Positions 1 to 13,462 of a DNA stretch of 64,000 bases are shown here, in pieces. A model generated the notes under the pieces. That model ran no database searches and had not been told where the DNA came from. It saw only the letters and a list, made by a program, of their open reading frames with translations. Every line of letters begins with the position of its first letter. The first letter of the stretch is position 1. A program made the position numbers and the translations under genes. The stretch lies in IMG/VR virus record IMGVR_UViG_3300046370_000598, positions 1-64,000 of that record; one strand, 5' to 3'. This DNA is from a virus.

Positions 1-3954
<3,954 letters not shown>

Positions 3955-3960
3955 TATATT

Positions 3961-6900
3961 ATGTTATCTACAGCAATAGGAATTCAATTTAACGTCAATG
4001 ATCTTGACGCAAATTATGAGGTTGTAGGAACATCTGATAATTATTCTTTTCAATATGATTTAGGTAAAGGTTCTAAACTTGTAGATTTTGAAGGAGACTT
4101 TTTTCAAAAATCAATATCTCTTGAAGGAAACTATGGGGAATTTGATGTTCGAGTTTTCGCTTCTAGTGATATAGGTATTAGGTCAGAATTTATAGAGAGT
4201 ACGATATCTATTAGTCCTCCAGAGTTTGATAATACATTTACTTTTAATAACTTAAGAATAAGTAATCTCCCAGATAATCCGAATATAGGATCATCTCAAA
4301 TTTACACACCTCAATCTGAAGGTGATAAGCTTGAGGTTTCGTCTGAGTATGTAAATAAAAACGTAGAAATATCTTGGTCTTTAGTTCCTCCTGCTGGTCA
4401 TGTGAAGGAAGGCCAGTCTCTTACGTCTGAATTATTAAAAGATACATTTTTTGAGAAATTTGAAATTAGTTTTACGAATGGCACAGGCTCTCAAATAATT
4501 GACGACGCAACCCTCGCATCTAGCGTGGGAATGCAATCAAGTCTGTCTACTGCAGACGTAACTGGATTACTTAATGAGTATAGAGATTTTTCTTTAACTT
4601 TAAATGATTCTGCTTTTGATGATATAGAATTAGATAGAACTTTTGCAATACAAATTGTTTCTCACGATTCATTTGGTCGAACCGCAACAGGTTTATTAAC
4701 AGGAATAAATTACGAACCTACTTTAAGTAATTTTTCATATTCGTTAAGAGGATCTGATACGTCTTTTTCTTGGTTTTCAAATGATACTGATTTTAGTGGA
4801 GTAAATGTAACTCAATTAGCTTTACCTTCAAACATTAATTTGATTGATGAAAATGATATTGACGAAAATATAGATTACTTTACTGATTTAAGTTTGGCAT
4901 CATCTTGGAACTTTGGGTTTGGAGATTATCAATCTGGAGATATGGTTACTTTTGACGGCGATGTTTATCGTTCTCTTCAGGCTCATTCGAGCGACTCAAG
5001 TAATGCGCCAGGGAATATATTATATTGGCAAAATATAGGTCAAAAAGTAGACTTCTCTTCGAATAGCTTTAATGTTTTTGACGACCAATTTGAGAATAGT
5101 CAAGTATGGGGTTATTCATATTATTATTCCCTTCAAGCTTCTGATGGTTACGGGTCATCTTCTAGGTTTAATTTGACTGATAGCGGTTTAATTTCAAATG
5201 GAAAACTTAAACCTTTAACTTCAGAAGTTAGAATTCAAAATTTAAGATTCAGAGAAAGACAAGATGACTTAATTTTTAATTGGGAGGTCACAGATCAAGA
5301 TGGTAATTTAGTTGACTTAGAACAATATAAATTTGCACTATCTAATTCTGATACTCCTTCCGTATTAGGCATTAGCGGATCTCTTTTCGATTCAAATACG
5401 CAAGAATTTGTCACAGGTATAACAGAAGGTAATAACGCACGAGCATCAACCATAAATGAATTCGGTCAGCGAACAATTTTATTTGATCTTCCAAATACAA
5501 ATATATTTGATACATATGAATTTACTAGAGAAATAAATAATAATTTATATGGTACAGGTGATTTTGTTTCTAATTTTCCATTGTTTAATGATTCGACTAT
5601 TTATTTGCAGAATGACTATGTAACTGATAGTAATAAAAATATATATAAATCAATTGAGCCAAATACTAATAATGAAAAACCAATATATGATTTATGGAGT
5701 GAATCTATAACTTATAATATAAATGATTATGTTGAATATGAAAATGAAATATATCAAGCTGGTCAGCAATTTGGTCCGACATCAAATAATATAGTTGGTG
5801 TTTTTGAGTACGGAAGTAATTATAATTCTGGCGAATTGGTTATATCTCCAAGCGCTCAAATAAATACATACTTTCCATCCCAAGCATATATAGCTGGGGA
5901 TGTTGTATTATATAATCAAACAGTATATTTAGCATTATTAAATCAGTCTGAACAAGATGATTTTACTCCTGGAGCTGATAGAAATTATTGGCGAACATTA
6001 TCTTTGTTTGATGAAGTTGCTTCTTTTGTTTACGGCGCCAAAAATGATATCGTCTCGAGTACAGGAATTCCTTTTGTTGACTCTGATAACTGGCAGATAC
6101 AAACCCCAGAAACGTCTGAGTATTTTAATAAAGTTATAGAACAGTATCCTCTCGATGTTTCATTATGGTCAAATATAAATAGCTATCAAACAGGGGAGTT
6201 GGTTTTGTATGATAATAATGTTTGGAGCGGGATAGCCGAAAGCGGACCTGTCTACAACAGTGCGAAAATTCCAGGTCAAAATTCAGATTTTTGGACTGAT
6301 GCAGATGTAAGTCTAGGTTTTAATATTGGAGATAGAATATATGTAAATAATTTTGTTTACAAAGCTTCACAGAATAATCCTGATGGGTCACCTATTCCTG
6401 CGATATTAAATTCAGGGGACTCTGTAAATTCTAATTATTATGATTGTGGTTGGGTTCCATTTTGGGAAAGAGATGATTCTTACGAAGGCTTTGTTTATGG
6501 ACATATTGGTATCCCTGAAAGCGGAAAAAGAAGTATTGGATTAGAAGTTGGGATAATTAGTAATACTGGCGAAATATTAAACAGTCAATCAATAATAGGT
6601 ATTAATAGTGAGCCAAGTATAATTCCACAAGGATTTCAAGTTGATAGTTTAACCGAGGCAAGTAAAGTCAAATTTAATTTCAATTACGCTTTAGGATCTC
6701 AAGAAAAAACTTCAAAGGTTCATTTATATAGATCTTCTTCTCCTGATTTTGATATTACAGACGAAAACGGTTTTCCTATATCAGAGACAGGAAATAATTC
6801 TCCTTTAGCGAAAATTGTATTTGGTGCTGGAGACGCAACATTTGGTGATAATATTACTCAGATAATTGATGAACCACCTATACCAAATATTGGTGGACTC

Positions 6901-9687
6901 GGAGATCAAATAACTGGTTACTATTATAAAATATTACCTTTTGATGATTTTGGTAGTGGAGACATATTTGGCGTTAATGATAATCAGGGATCTTTAGAAA
7001 GAGTATTAGCTTACCCTAAAAACTTTAATAATAATAATCCTAATGGAGTTATAGGTCCAGTATTTAGAACTTCTAAAGATGACATTCCTGGAGTAGTACA
7101 AAACTTTTCTGGAGCTACAGCTTTTGAAAATTATTTTTTAAATTGGAATCACCCAAATTCTGAAATAGGGGAACTTCAAAATGTGCCAAATGATTTAAGT
7201 CATTATGAAGTTTGGATGTCTGAAGAGGATAGACTTGAACTTGGTAGTTTAAATATATATTTAAAAGATCAAGCTGATCCAAATCAAGCTGTAGATTTTT
7301 CAAATGCAAGCGGATATAGAAGAATAGAATCTGATATAGAAAGCGTTGGACCTATACCTATAGAAAAACAAGATCCTGCATCTGGAATAACAAATGCAAC
7401 TAATATTTTTAACGTTTCAGCAAAATCTCCAATCATTGAAACTTCATACCTAGGTAAAACTAATGATACTAAATATTTTTGGGTTAGAGCTGTGGATCAA
7501 GCTGGGAATAAAAGCCCTTTTACTGGAGCAGCTAATTTACAAGATCAATATATTCGCGGATTTGAGCTAACACTTGGACAAGCAACTGCAACAGATATAT
7601 CTGATTTTGAAGTTAATATGACTGAAAAATTTGGTAACACTATAGCTCTTGTTCCTAACGATCCTTTTGTAGAGTCAACGACAACTCCAGGAGATATAAC
7701 TTGGACGGATCATGTTTTATATTATCAGGGTACTGGTTATGTTATAGGTGGAGATGAAATAGGGCCTTCGTTTGGAGATTCTGATACATCTTACATATGG
7801 TGGAAGAATGACACTACCGAATATAATTCAATTGATCCAGAAGTTTATTTTCAAAACAATGGATTAAGAAGCGTATCTTATTCTGGCGCAGGTTATAGAT
7901 TATCAGATAATCACCCTGCAGGCTCAAATGGCCTTAATCAAGATCCTGATTTTGAGGATGGAGACTTTATTGTTGCTAGAGTTAATAACGGTATAGTTAC
8001 TCCTGTTTATCACGCTTTTGCTAACGCATTAATTGGAACAGCAAATATAGCAGAAGCAGCTATTGTTAGCGCGAAAATTAACGATCTTTCTGCTGATAAA
8101 ATAACTGCAGGGCAGGTTCAGAGCGCTGATATTCAGCTTAGTCAAACAGGAAGTCAAGTGGGGACATTGAGATCTGTAGGTTTCACAGGTATAAATCATT
8201 CTATGTCTCAAAATGGATTTTTTCTTAAGGGGGATGGAACTTTTTCATTTCAACAAGGTGGTAGCAGTTTAGGTTTTGAAAATGGAACTTTAACTCTTGC
8301 AGGAAACATAAGGCAAACAAGTGGGTATGATTATGATTTTATAGATATATCTGCAACTCCTAATAATTTTAATTACTTAGAGGTTCAAAGTGGTTATCAA
8401 AGAACTATTGGTGAGAAAGTATCTATTTTAATAGATTTTAGGAATTCATCTATCAGTCAAGCTAGTGATGTGAGGGTAAAAGCCTTTGGTGTTAAAGACG
8501 ATGGTTCGGAATATAATATTGGCTCTATTAGTAATAATTGGTATGACGTTACCACTGTAGAGAGCGTGTTCGATGATAACCATGGACAGAATAATTTTAC
8601 TTACGTTTCTTTTAGTCAATCTAACGGAAGCACTCAAATAATTTTAGAATTAGATAGTGAGGGTTTTGACAGTTGCCTGAATTACGGATCTAATAATGGC
8701 GAATCTATTGTTATCTATATCAAGAGTATACATTCTAATTTTCAGAAAAAACACACTATAGGGAGAATTATAGATGGTAAAACTGGTTTGGATGGTGCTG
8801 CTGGAGCGAATGGAGCTACTGGGGAAATGGGTAGATCTCCTACTTATAGAGGTTTATGGTCATCAGGTGAAACTTATCTAGCTATATCTGGAACTATAAC
8901 TCAACCTGGTCGGGGTGACATAGTGAAGTATGGTAATAATTATTATATTTGCATAAATACTTCAACCGGAATTGCTCCGACAAATACACAATACTGGATT
9001 CCATTTGGAGCGCAATTTGATAACGTAGCCACAAATATACTTTTAACTCAAGATGCATATATAACTAATGAGTTAATCATGGGCAATAATAATTCCGACG
9101 GAGGTATTAAATCTAATGGATTTGCGGGTGGATTTAATACGAATGGAACCTTAAGAACTCCTCAGTCTTATAATCCAGCTGGATTTAGATTAGATAGAAT
9201 TGGAACGAGTACAGCTTTATTTGATGTAGGAGGAAAAACAAGTACTGGGTCGGATACATATATAAGATTTTCAACCTCTACTGGCAAGGTAGAAATTAAA
9301 GGGGGATTTACGAATAACTCCGTTCTTTCTGATATTAATGTAACCTCTCTAACGAGTAGTGACCCTCAAGCTATTTTTATTGGAGGTGGATATAATAATA
9401 ATATAACTGAAACAGTATCAACGGGGAATTTTAATAGTCTAGGATCTTCCATTGTTGGAGGAGCAGAAAACCTAATCGAAGCAAGGTTTTCTTTTATTGG
9501 TAATGGTTACGCTAATGTATGCAAGGATAATTTCTCAGCAATTACTGCTGGATACAATAATCAAATGAGTTACGCCTCTGCAGCAAATGAGGGCGCAAAT
9601 TTTATTGGCGCTGGACAAAATAATACTATTAACGGCGGAACAAATCAGGCAATAATCTGCGGAAGTAATAATACTATAGCAAATTAA
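3961..9687 (+). CDS. Large tail protein (J C-terminal-like): FN3-like domains, CBM5/12-like repeats, short collagen stretch, C-terminal beta-helix repeats
   Basis: FN3-like YFWVRAVDQAGNKSPF. J-type C-terminal motif ANALIGTANIAEAAIVSAKINDLSADKITAG. Repeated W...Y..GD.V.Y....Y motifs. GLDGAAGANGATGEMG. Terminal IGGGYNN/IVGGAEN/IGAGQNN repeats. Confidence 0.75.
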   Translation: MLSTAIGIQFNVNDLDANYEVVGTSDNYSFQYDLGKGSKLVDFEGDFFQKSISLEGNYGEFDVRVFASSDIGIRSEFIESTISISPPEFDNTFTFNNLRISNLPDNPNIGSSQIYTPQSEGDKLEVSSEYVNKNVEISWSLVPPAGHVKEGQSLTSELLKDTFFEKFEISFTNGTGSQIIDDATLASSVGMQSSLSTADVTGLLNEYRDFSLTLNDSAFDDIELDRTFAIQIVSHDSFGRTATGLLTGINYEPTLSNFSYSLRGSDTSFSWFSNDTDFSGVNVTQLALPSNINLIDENDIDENIDYFTDLSLASSWNFGFGDYQSGDMVTFDGDVYRSLQAHSSDSSNAPGNILYWQNIGQKVDFSSNSFNVFDDQFENSQVWGYSYYYSLQASDGYGSSSRFNLTDSGLISNGKLKPLTSEVRIQNLRFRERQDDLIFNWEVTDQDGNLVDLEQYKFALSNSDTPSVLGISGSLFDSNTQEFVTGITEGNNARASTINEFGQRTILFDLPNTNIFDTYEFTREINNNLYGTGDFVSNFPLFNDSTIYLQNDYVTDSNKNIYKSIEPNTNNEKPIYDLWSESITYNINDYVEYENEIYQAGQQFGPTSNNIVGVFEYGSNYNSGELVISPSAQINTYFPSQAYIAGDVVLYNQTVYLALLNQSEQDDFTPGADRNYWRTLSLFDEVASFVYGAKNDIVSSTGIPFVDSDNWQIQTPETSEYFNKVIEQYPLDVSLWSNINSYQTGELVLYDNNVWSGIAESGPVYNSAKIPGQNSDFWTDADVSLGFNIGDRIYVNNFVYKASQNNPDGSPIPAILNSGDSVNSNYYDCGWVPFWERDDSYEGFVYGHIGIPESGKRSIGLEVGIISNTGEILNSQSIIGINSEPSIIPQGFQVDSLTEASKVKFNFNYALGSQEKTSKVHLYRSSSPDFDITDENGFPISETGNNSPLAKIVFGAGDATFGDNITQIIDEPPIPNIGGLGDQITGYYYKILPFDDFGSGDIFGVNDNQGSLERVLAYPKNFNNNNPNGVIGPVFRTSKDDIPGVVQNFSGATAFENYFLNWNHPNSEIGELQNVPNDLSHYEVWMSEEDRLELGSLNIYLKDQADPNQAVDFSNASGYRRIESDIESVGPIPIEKQDPASGITNATNIFNVSAKSPIIETSYLGKTNDTKYFWVRAVDQAGNKSPFTGAANLQDQYIRGFELTLGQATATDISDFEVNMTEKFGNTIALVPNDPFVESTTTPGDITWTDHVLYYQGTGYVIGGDEIGPSFGDSDTSYIWWKNDTTEYNSIDPEVYFQNNGLRSVSYSGAGYRLSDNHPAGSNGLNQDPDFEDGDFIVARVNNGIVTPVYHAFANALIGTANIAEAAIVSAKINDLSADKITAGQVQSADIQLSQTGSQVGTLRSVGFTGINHSMSQNGFFLKGDGTFSFQQGGSSLGFENGTLTLAGNIRQTSGYDYDFIDISATPNNFNYLEVQSGYQRTIGEKVSILIDFRNSSISQASDVRVKAFGVKDDGSEYNIGSISNNWYDVTTVESVFDDNHGQNNFTYVSFSQSNGSTQIILELDSEGFDSCLNYGSNNGESIVIYIKSIHSNFQKKHTIGRIIDGKTGLDGAAGANGATGEMGRSPTYRGLWSSGETYLAISGTITQPGRGDIVKYGNNYYICINTSTGIAPTNTQYWIPFGAQFDNVATNILLTQDAYITNELIMGNNNSDGGIKSNGFAGGFNTNGTLRTPQSYNPAGFRLDRIGTSTALFDVGGKTSTGSDTYIRFSTSTGKVEIKGGFTNNSVLSDINVTSLTSSDPQAIFIGGGYNNNITETVSTGNFNSLGSSIVGGAENLIEARFSFIGNGYANVCKDNFSAITAGYNNQMSYASAANEGANFIGAGQNNTINGGTNQAIICGSNNTIAN

Positions 9688-9688
9688 A

Positions 9689-10957
9689 ATGGCGACAACT
9701 CCACAAATTTTTATAAATAGTAATACTACCCCCGACCCTTATACAGCTTTATATTCTCCTAGTGTTTTGGGTGCTAATGGTAATTATGTATCATTTCATG
9801 ATAAACAGTGGATTTATAATTCTTGGTTTTTAACTTCTACTTGGAGCTCAAATTTATCCAGTCACTACTTCTTTATACCATCGAATCAAATAGATCTAGG
9901 TGTACAACCTGAAGTTTATGGAGATAATTGGATTTATAGCCAACATTTTTCATGGATGTATTTGTCGGTAACTAAAGCTAGTCTTGTTGAGATAGGCACG
10001 AGTAGTGCGGATTTTTGGTTTTGGAGCAACAGAGAATTAGTAGAAGTGGGGAATCCAAGTAATAGTATTGGTTTAGGATGGTGTTTCGTCGCTTCTTATA
10101 TGAACCAAAATCCGCTTGCTAATACTAATTATGACCACATAATCTATTGTCACAATTTTTTTAATCTTAGTAATAATGGTACAGCAGGAGCATGGGCTTA
10201 TATTACCAAGCAAAATAATAAGTGGATATTTCATCATATCTCCGAAGCGAAAGATTACGAAATGTCGGGTTTAGACTTTTCAGGAAGCGGGTCTGGTTCT
10301 GGAAGTGAAACTCCCAACGACCCCGATCCTAGTGAGACGCCACCTACCCCCCCTCCTTTTGGAACCCCTCCAAGCACCCCTTCGTTTTCTCCATCTCCAA
10401 GTTTTGAACCTTCAAATTTAATATGCTCTGGCAAGTATAATTTTATAGAAAAAGGAAGAAGGTGTTCAATAATTAATGGTAAATATGTATACATAGGAAC
10501 CGATCAAAACCAAACAGATCACGGTCAATATAATTGCCATGTCCTCGGGGGTATTTTCTCTAATCACAACTATATTCGATATTCTTGTAGGTTTTACGTT
10601 CATTGTTCTAACGGCTTGTTTTCAGAAGGCGATGTCGTCGCAAGCAGACTGTCCGACAAAAGGTTAAAGGTTAACGTAAAAAAAATCAAAGAACCTACAG
10701 AAAAAATAAGAAAAATAAACGCAGTATCTTTTTATTGGAACGAAAAACAGCAAACATATACCGGAAGAGATATAGGGTTAATAGCTCAGGAGGTAGAAGA
10801 GGTTTTGCCTGTGGCTGTAAAAAATAGAAAAAGCGGGTTTAAGGCTGTACAATACCATAAGATAATTCCTTTATTGGTAGGATCAGTTAAAGACAAACAG
10901 AAGAGAATAAATAAATTAAAACAAAAAGTTATTTTTTTAAAAAATGGGCAATCATAA
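9689..10957 (+). CDS. Tail fibre/spike protein: Trp-rich N-domain, Pro-rich linker, C-terminal peptidase S74 chaperone
   Basis: SDKRLK...W...DIGLIAQEVEEVLP..V.......AV.Y.KIIPLL chaperone signature. Confidence 0.8.
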   Translation: MATTPQIFINSNTTPDPYTALYSPSVLGANGNYVSFHDKQWIYNSWFLTSTWSSNLSSHYFFIPSNQIDLGVQPEVYGDNWIYSQHFSWMYLSVTKASLVEIGTSSADFWFWSNRELVEVGNPSNSIGLGWCFVASYMNQNPLANTNYDHIIYCHNFFNLSNNGTAGAWAYITKQNNKWIFHHISEAKDYEMSGLDFSGSGSGSGSETPNDPDPSETPPTPPPFGTPPSTPSFSPSPSFEPSNLICSGKYNFIEKGRRCSIINGKYVYIGTDQNQTDHGQYNCHVLGGIFSNHNYIRYSCRFYVHCSNGLFSEGDVVASRLSDKRLKVNVKKIKEPTEKIRKINAVSFYWNEKQQTYTGRDIGLIAQEVEEVLPVAVKNRKSGFKAVQYHKIIPLLVGSVKDKQKRINKLKQKVIFLKNGQS

Positions 10958-11480
10958 TTCTATTCTTGGTGGATACAATAATAGTATCGGAGGAGGATCT
11001 TCGTTCTGCACCATAATTAACGGTGCCGGAAACACTATTCCCGCAAACTCCCAAAATGTTCATGTAGTAGGAGATTCCGTATCTGTAAGTTCAACCAATA
11101 ATAGTGATAAATTTTATGTTGGATGTGCAAATGGACTTCATTGCGACGGTGACATAGTCGCATTCTCAGCATCAGATCAAAGGCTTAAAGATAATATAAC
11201 TCCAATCTCTGGATGCTTGGAAAAAGTCCTATACTTAGATGCTGTAGAGTTTGAATGGAATGAAAAGCAACAAACGCACGTGGGTCATGACATAGGATTA
11301 ATTGCTCAACAAGTCAAAGAGGTCGCTCCTGAGATTGTTGAGACAAGAAAAGATGGTTACCTTGCTGTTAAGTATGAAAAAATAATTCCATTACTTATTG
11401 GTGCTACACGAGAACAGGATTGCCAGATTCAAGAGCTTGAGCAACAAGTTCAGGATTTATTAGATAAATCTAACTGTTGA
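10944..11480 (+). CDS. Short beta-helix protein with peptidase S74 chaperone
   Basis: SDQRLKDNI...DIGLIAQQVKEVAPEIV...DGYLAVKYEKIIPLLI. Paralogous to the C-terminus of the upstream gene. Confidence 0.85.
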   Translation: MGNHNSILGGYNNSIGGGSSFCTIINGAGNTIPANSQNVHVVGDSVSVSSTNNSDKFYVGCANGLHCDGDIVAFSASDQRLKDNITPISGCLEKVLYLDAVEFEWNEKQQTHVGHDIGLIAQQVKEVAPEIVETRKDGYLAVKYEKIIPLLIGATREQDCQIQELEQQVQDLLDKSNC

Positions 11481-12303
11481 TAGCTTTCATTAAGATTCTT
11501 GATTCTGCGGGCGGAATATCAGAATAATCATTCCATTCTTTTACAGAATCATTTTTGTATTTTCCAGTCTTCCACCATTCCCTTAGTATGAATTTAAATT
11601 CTTCAAAGTTTGAGCAGTTTAGTTTTTCTTTAGCTAAGTTTTCAACCATAGAGTAGGCCGTTAACGTTGGAGATAAATTTGATTGCATTCCATTCATTGG
11701 ATTATTTGGGCTTGATTTATCTATTTCATCATCACCTACAATATGAACATTTAAAAAGTTTCTAACACAACGAACAAACGCTCTATTGCAAGCGATTGTT
11801 TCTAAGAATTTTGTAGCAAAGCTACTTGTGTTATCAAACGTAGCATTAGCCATATCTTGAAATTCTACTGCCTGCCCACTAGTTTCGTAGTTAGGTAAAA
11901 ATTTCATATGGCATATCGCTGCCACGTGATCTATTTCACATTTAACTACTTCGTAAGAAACATCTGAAAAGCCTCTGAGTTTTGCGAGTTCTTTAATTCC
12001 GCTTAGCTTAATTAATAATTGATGATCTTTTAATCCAACTATTGATCTTGGAACATCTTTTTTTCGCAAATCAAACCAAGACTTGTTCGGGAATAAATGT
12101 TCATCCTTGATCATTGATCTCCAGTTTACAGATCCATCTTCATTAAATTCATAGTCTACGTAATCAAGCAATCCAAATGGATTGCGTTTAAATTTAGCTG
12201 GTCCTTGATCGTAATTTTTAGGATATACGATTTGTCTTTCTTTTATCGTGACGTCAGATTCTATTGTCACTGAATTATCTGTTGTAGTTTTAGTCTTTGC
12301 CAT
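11470..12303 (-). CDS. Putative Rad52/Sak-like single-strand annealing protein
   Basis: LIKLSGIKELA near the N-terminus and ETIACNRAFVRCVRNFLNVHIVGDDEI, which resembles the A.TRA..RA.R......EE motif of phage annealases. Confidence 0.45.
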   Translation of the reverse strand: MAKTKTTTDNSVTIESDVTIKERQIVYPKNYDQGPAKFKRNPFGLLDYVDYEFNEDGSVNWRSMIKDEHLFPNKSWFDLRKKDVPRSIVGLKDHQLLIKLSGIKELAKLRGFSDVSYEVVKCEIDHVAAICHMKFLPNYETSGQAVEFQDMANATFDNTSSFATKFLETIACNRAFVRCVRNFLNVHIVGDDEIDKSSPNNPMNGMQSNLSPTLTAYSMVENLAKEKLNCSNFEEFKFILREWWKTGKYKNDSVKEWNDYSDIPPAESRILMKAINS

Positions 12304-13462
12304 AATTGTTGTCGTTATAAATTTTTAAGTTAATTTCATCTTCCCAAAATTCATCGCAATCTATGATTTGATCATGATCTCCAGATATTCCATGCCTCCA
12401 AGCAGCCTTGCTTGAGTATATTTTACTATCTGATACGATGACTTGTGCGCTTTTATAACGAGTATTATGACATATTTTTTCATGATTGTCAATATCTTTT
12501 TTTGTTTTTTTATCAATAAGATGTACATCCCAGTCGAAAAATTTTAATCTTAAATCATTTATTTTATTTTCATCTTTACATACAAGTTTTAATTTTATAC
12601 CTAATTTTTGAACAGCTTTAAAAAAGTCTTCTGTGTCATCAGGTTGTACATAATAATTAATTTGATGTATGTTGTTTTTTACTGCTCTAAGGTAATTTAT
12701 TTGCATAGGTTGATCAAGGAAAATATTTACTTTTCTTGAGTAAGCCCATTGAGCTATTTTCTCTTCGTCAAAATGTTCATTACCTAAGATGTTTGCGGGT
12801 TGATCTTTTGCAAAAGCTTTTGGCATGACGTGATTAGGAACAACAGCTAGAGACCCTGAGTGGTAAGCTCTTCCTATGTGAAGAGTTTCTAGATTGCTTA
12901 GATTGTTTGGTATATCTAGTAATTCTAAAACAGAAGATGCAATCTTTTCTGGCATTATTGTGTTTATTGTTTTAGGATATTCTTTATCAGAGAAAGATGC
13001 TTTATATTTTTTACGATCTGGTTCAAGTAAAATATGATTTTTATTGTCTCCCCAGTATGGCCCGCAACACTCTTTATATAATGTAGAATATAATCCAACT
13101 ATTTTTTTGTCAAATCCTGAGGCAATATGTATGCTAAATGAATCAGTCCCAACATGTAACATTGAGTTTTGTAAGATATATGCAGATTGCTTTATGGATG
13201 TTTGCCCTTGATGATGAATACAATAACTAATTCTTTGTTCTTCTTTACCCCCTATTTGTATTACTTTTATATTAGCTTTCTCCAAGAAAGGATTTAACAT
13301 ATGCATGACATCATTATAGTAGTCATAAGTTTTGGATTGTATCCTATTACTTGCATGAAGGGTGATATATCTTTCAGATACAACTGGAAAATAAGATACA
13401 TCTATACTGGGTTTATCTATTTTAACCCCACAGGATAATGCGTATTGTTCTACTAAGTGCAT
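12290..13462 (-). CDS. Glycosyltransferase family 9-like, C-terminal Rossmann half plus extra domain
   Basis: VIQIGG...QSAYILQNSMLHVGTDSFSIHIASGFDKKIVGLY matches the GT9 donor-binding domain (DSG..H.A.A...P.V.L). Confidence 0.7.
   Translation of the reverse strand: MHLVEQYALSCGVKIDKPSIDVSYFPVVSERYITLHASNRIQSKTYDYYNDVMHMLNPFLEKANIKVIQIGGKEEQRISYCIHHQGQTSIKQSAYILQNSMLHVGTDSFSIHIASGFDKKIVGLYSTLYKECCGPYWGDNKNHILLEPDRKKYKASFSDKEYPKTINTIMPEKIASSVLELLDIPNNLSNLETLHIGRAYHSGSLAVVPNHVMPKAFAKDQPANILGNEHFDEEKIAQWAYSRKVNIFLDQPMQINYLRAVKNNIHQINYYVQPDDTEDFFKAVQKLGIKLKLVCKDENKINDLRLKFFDWDVHLIDKKTKKDIDNHEKICHNTRYKSAQVIVSDSKIYSSKAAWRHGISGDHDQIIDCDEFWEDEINLKIYNDNNYGKD

Noticed and set aside
10930-10946. Slippery TTTTTTTAAAAAA as a -1 frameshift joining the two S74 genes
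   Set aside because: The downstream ORF is in the +1 frame and has its own ATG. Such runs are common in AT-rich DNA.
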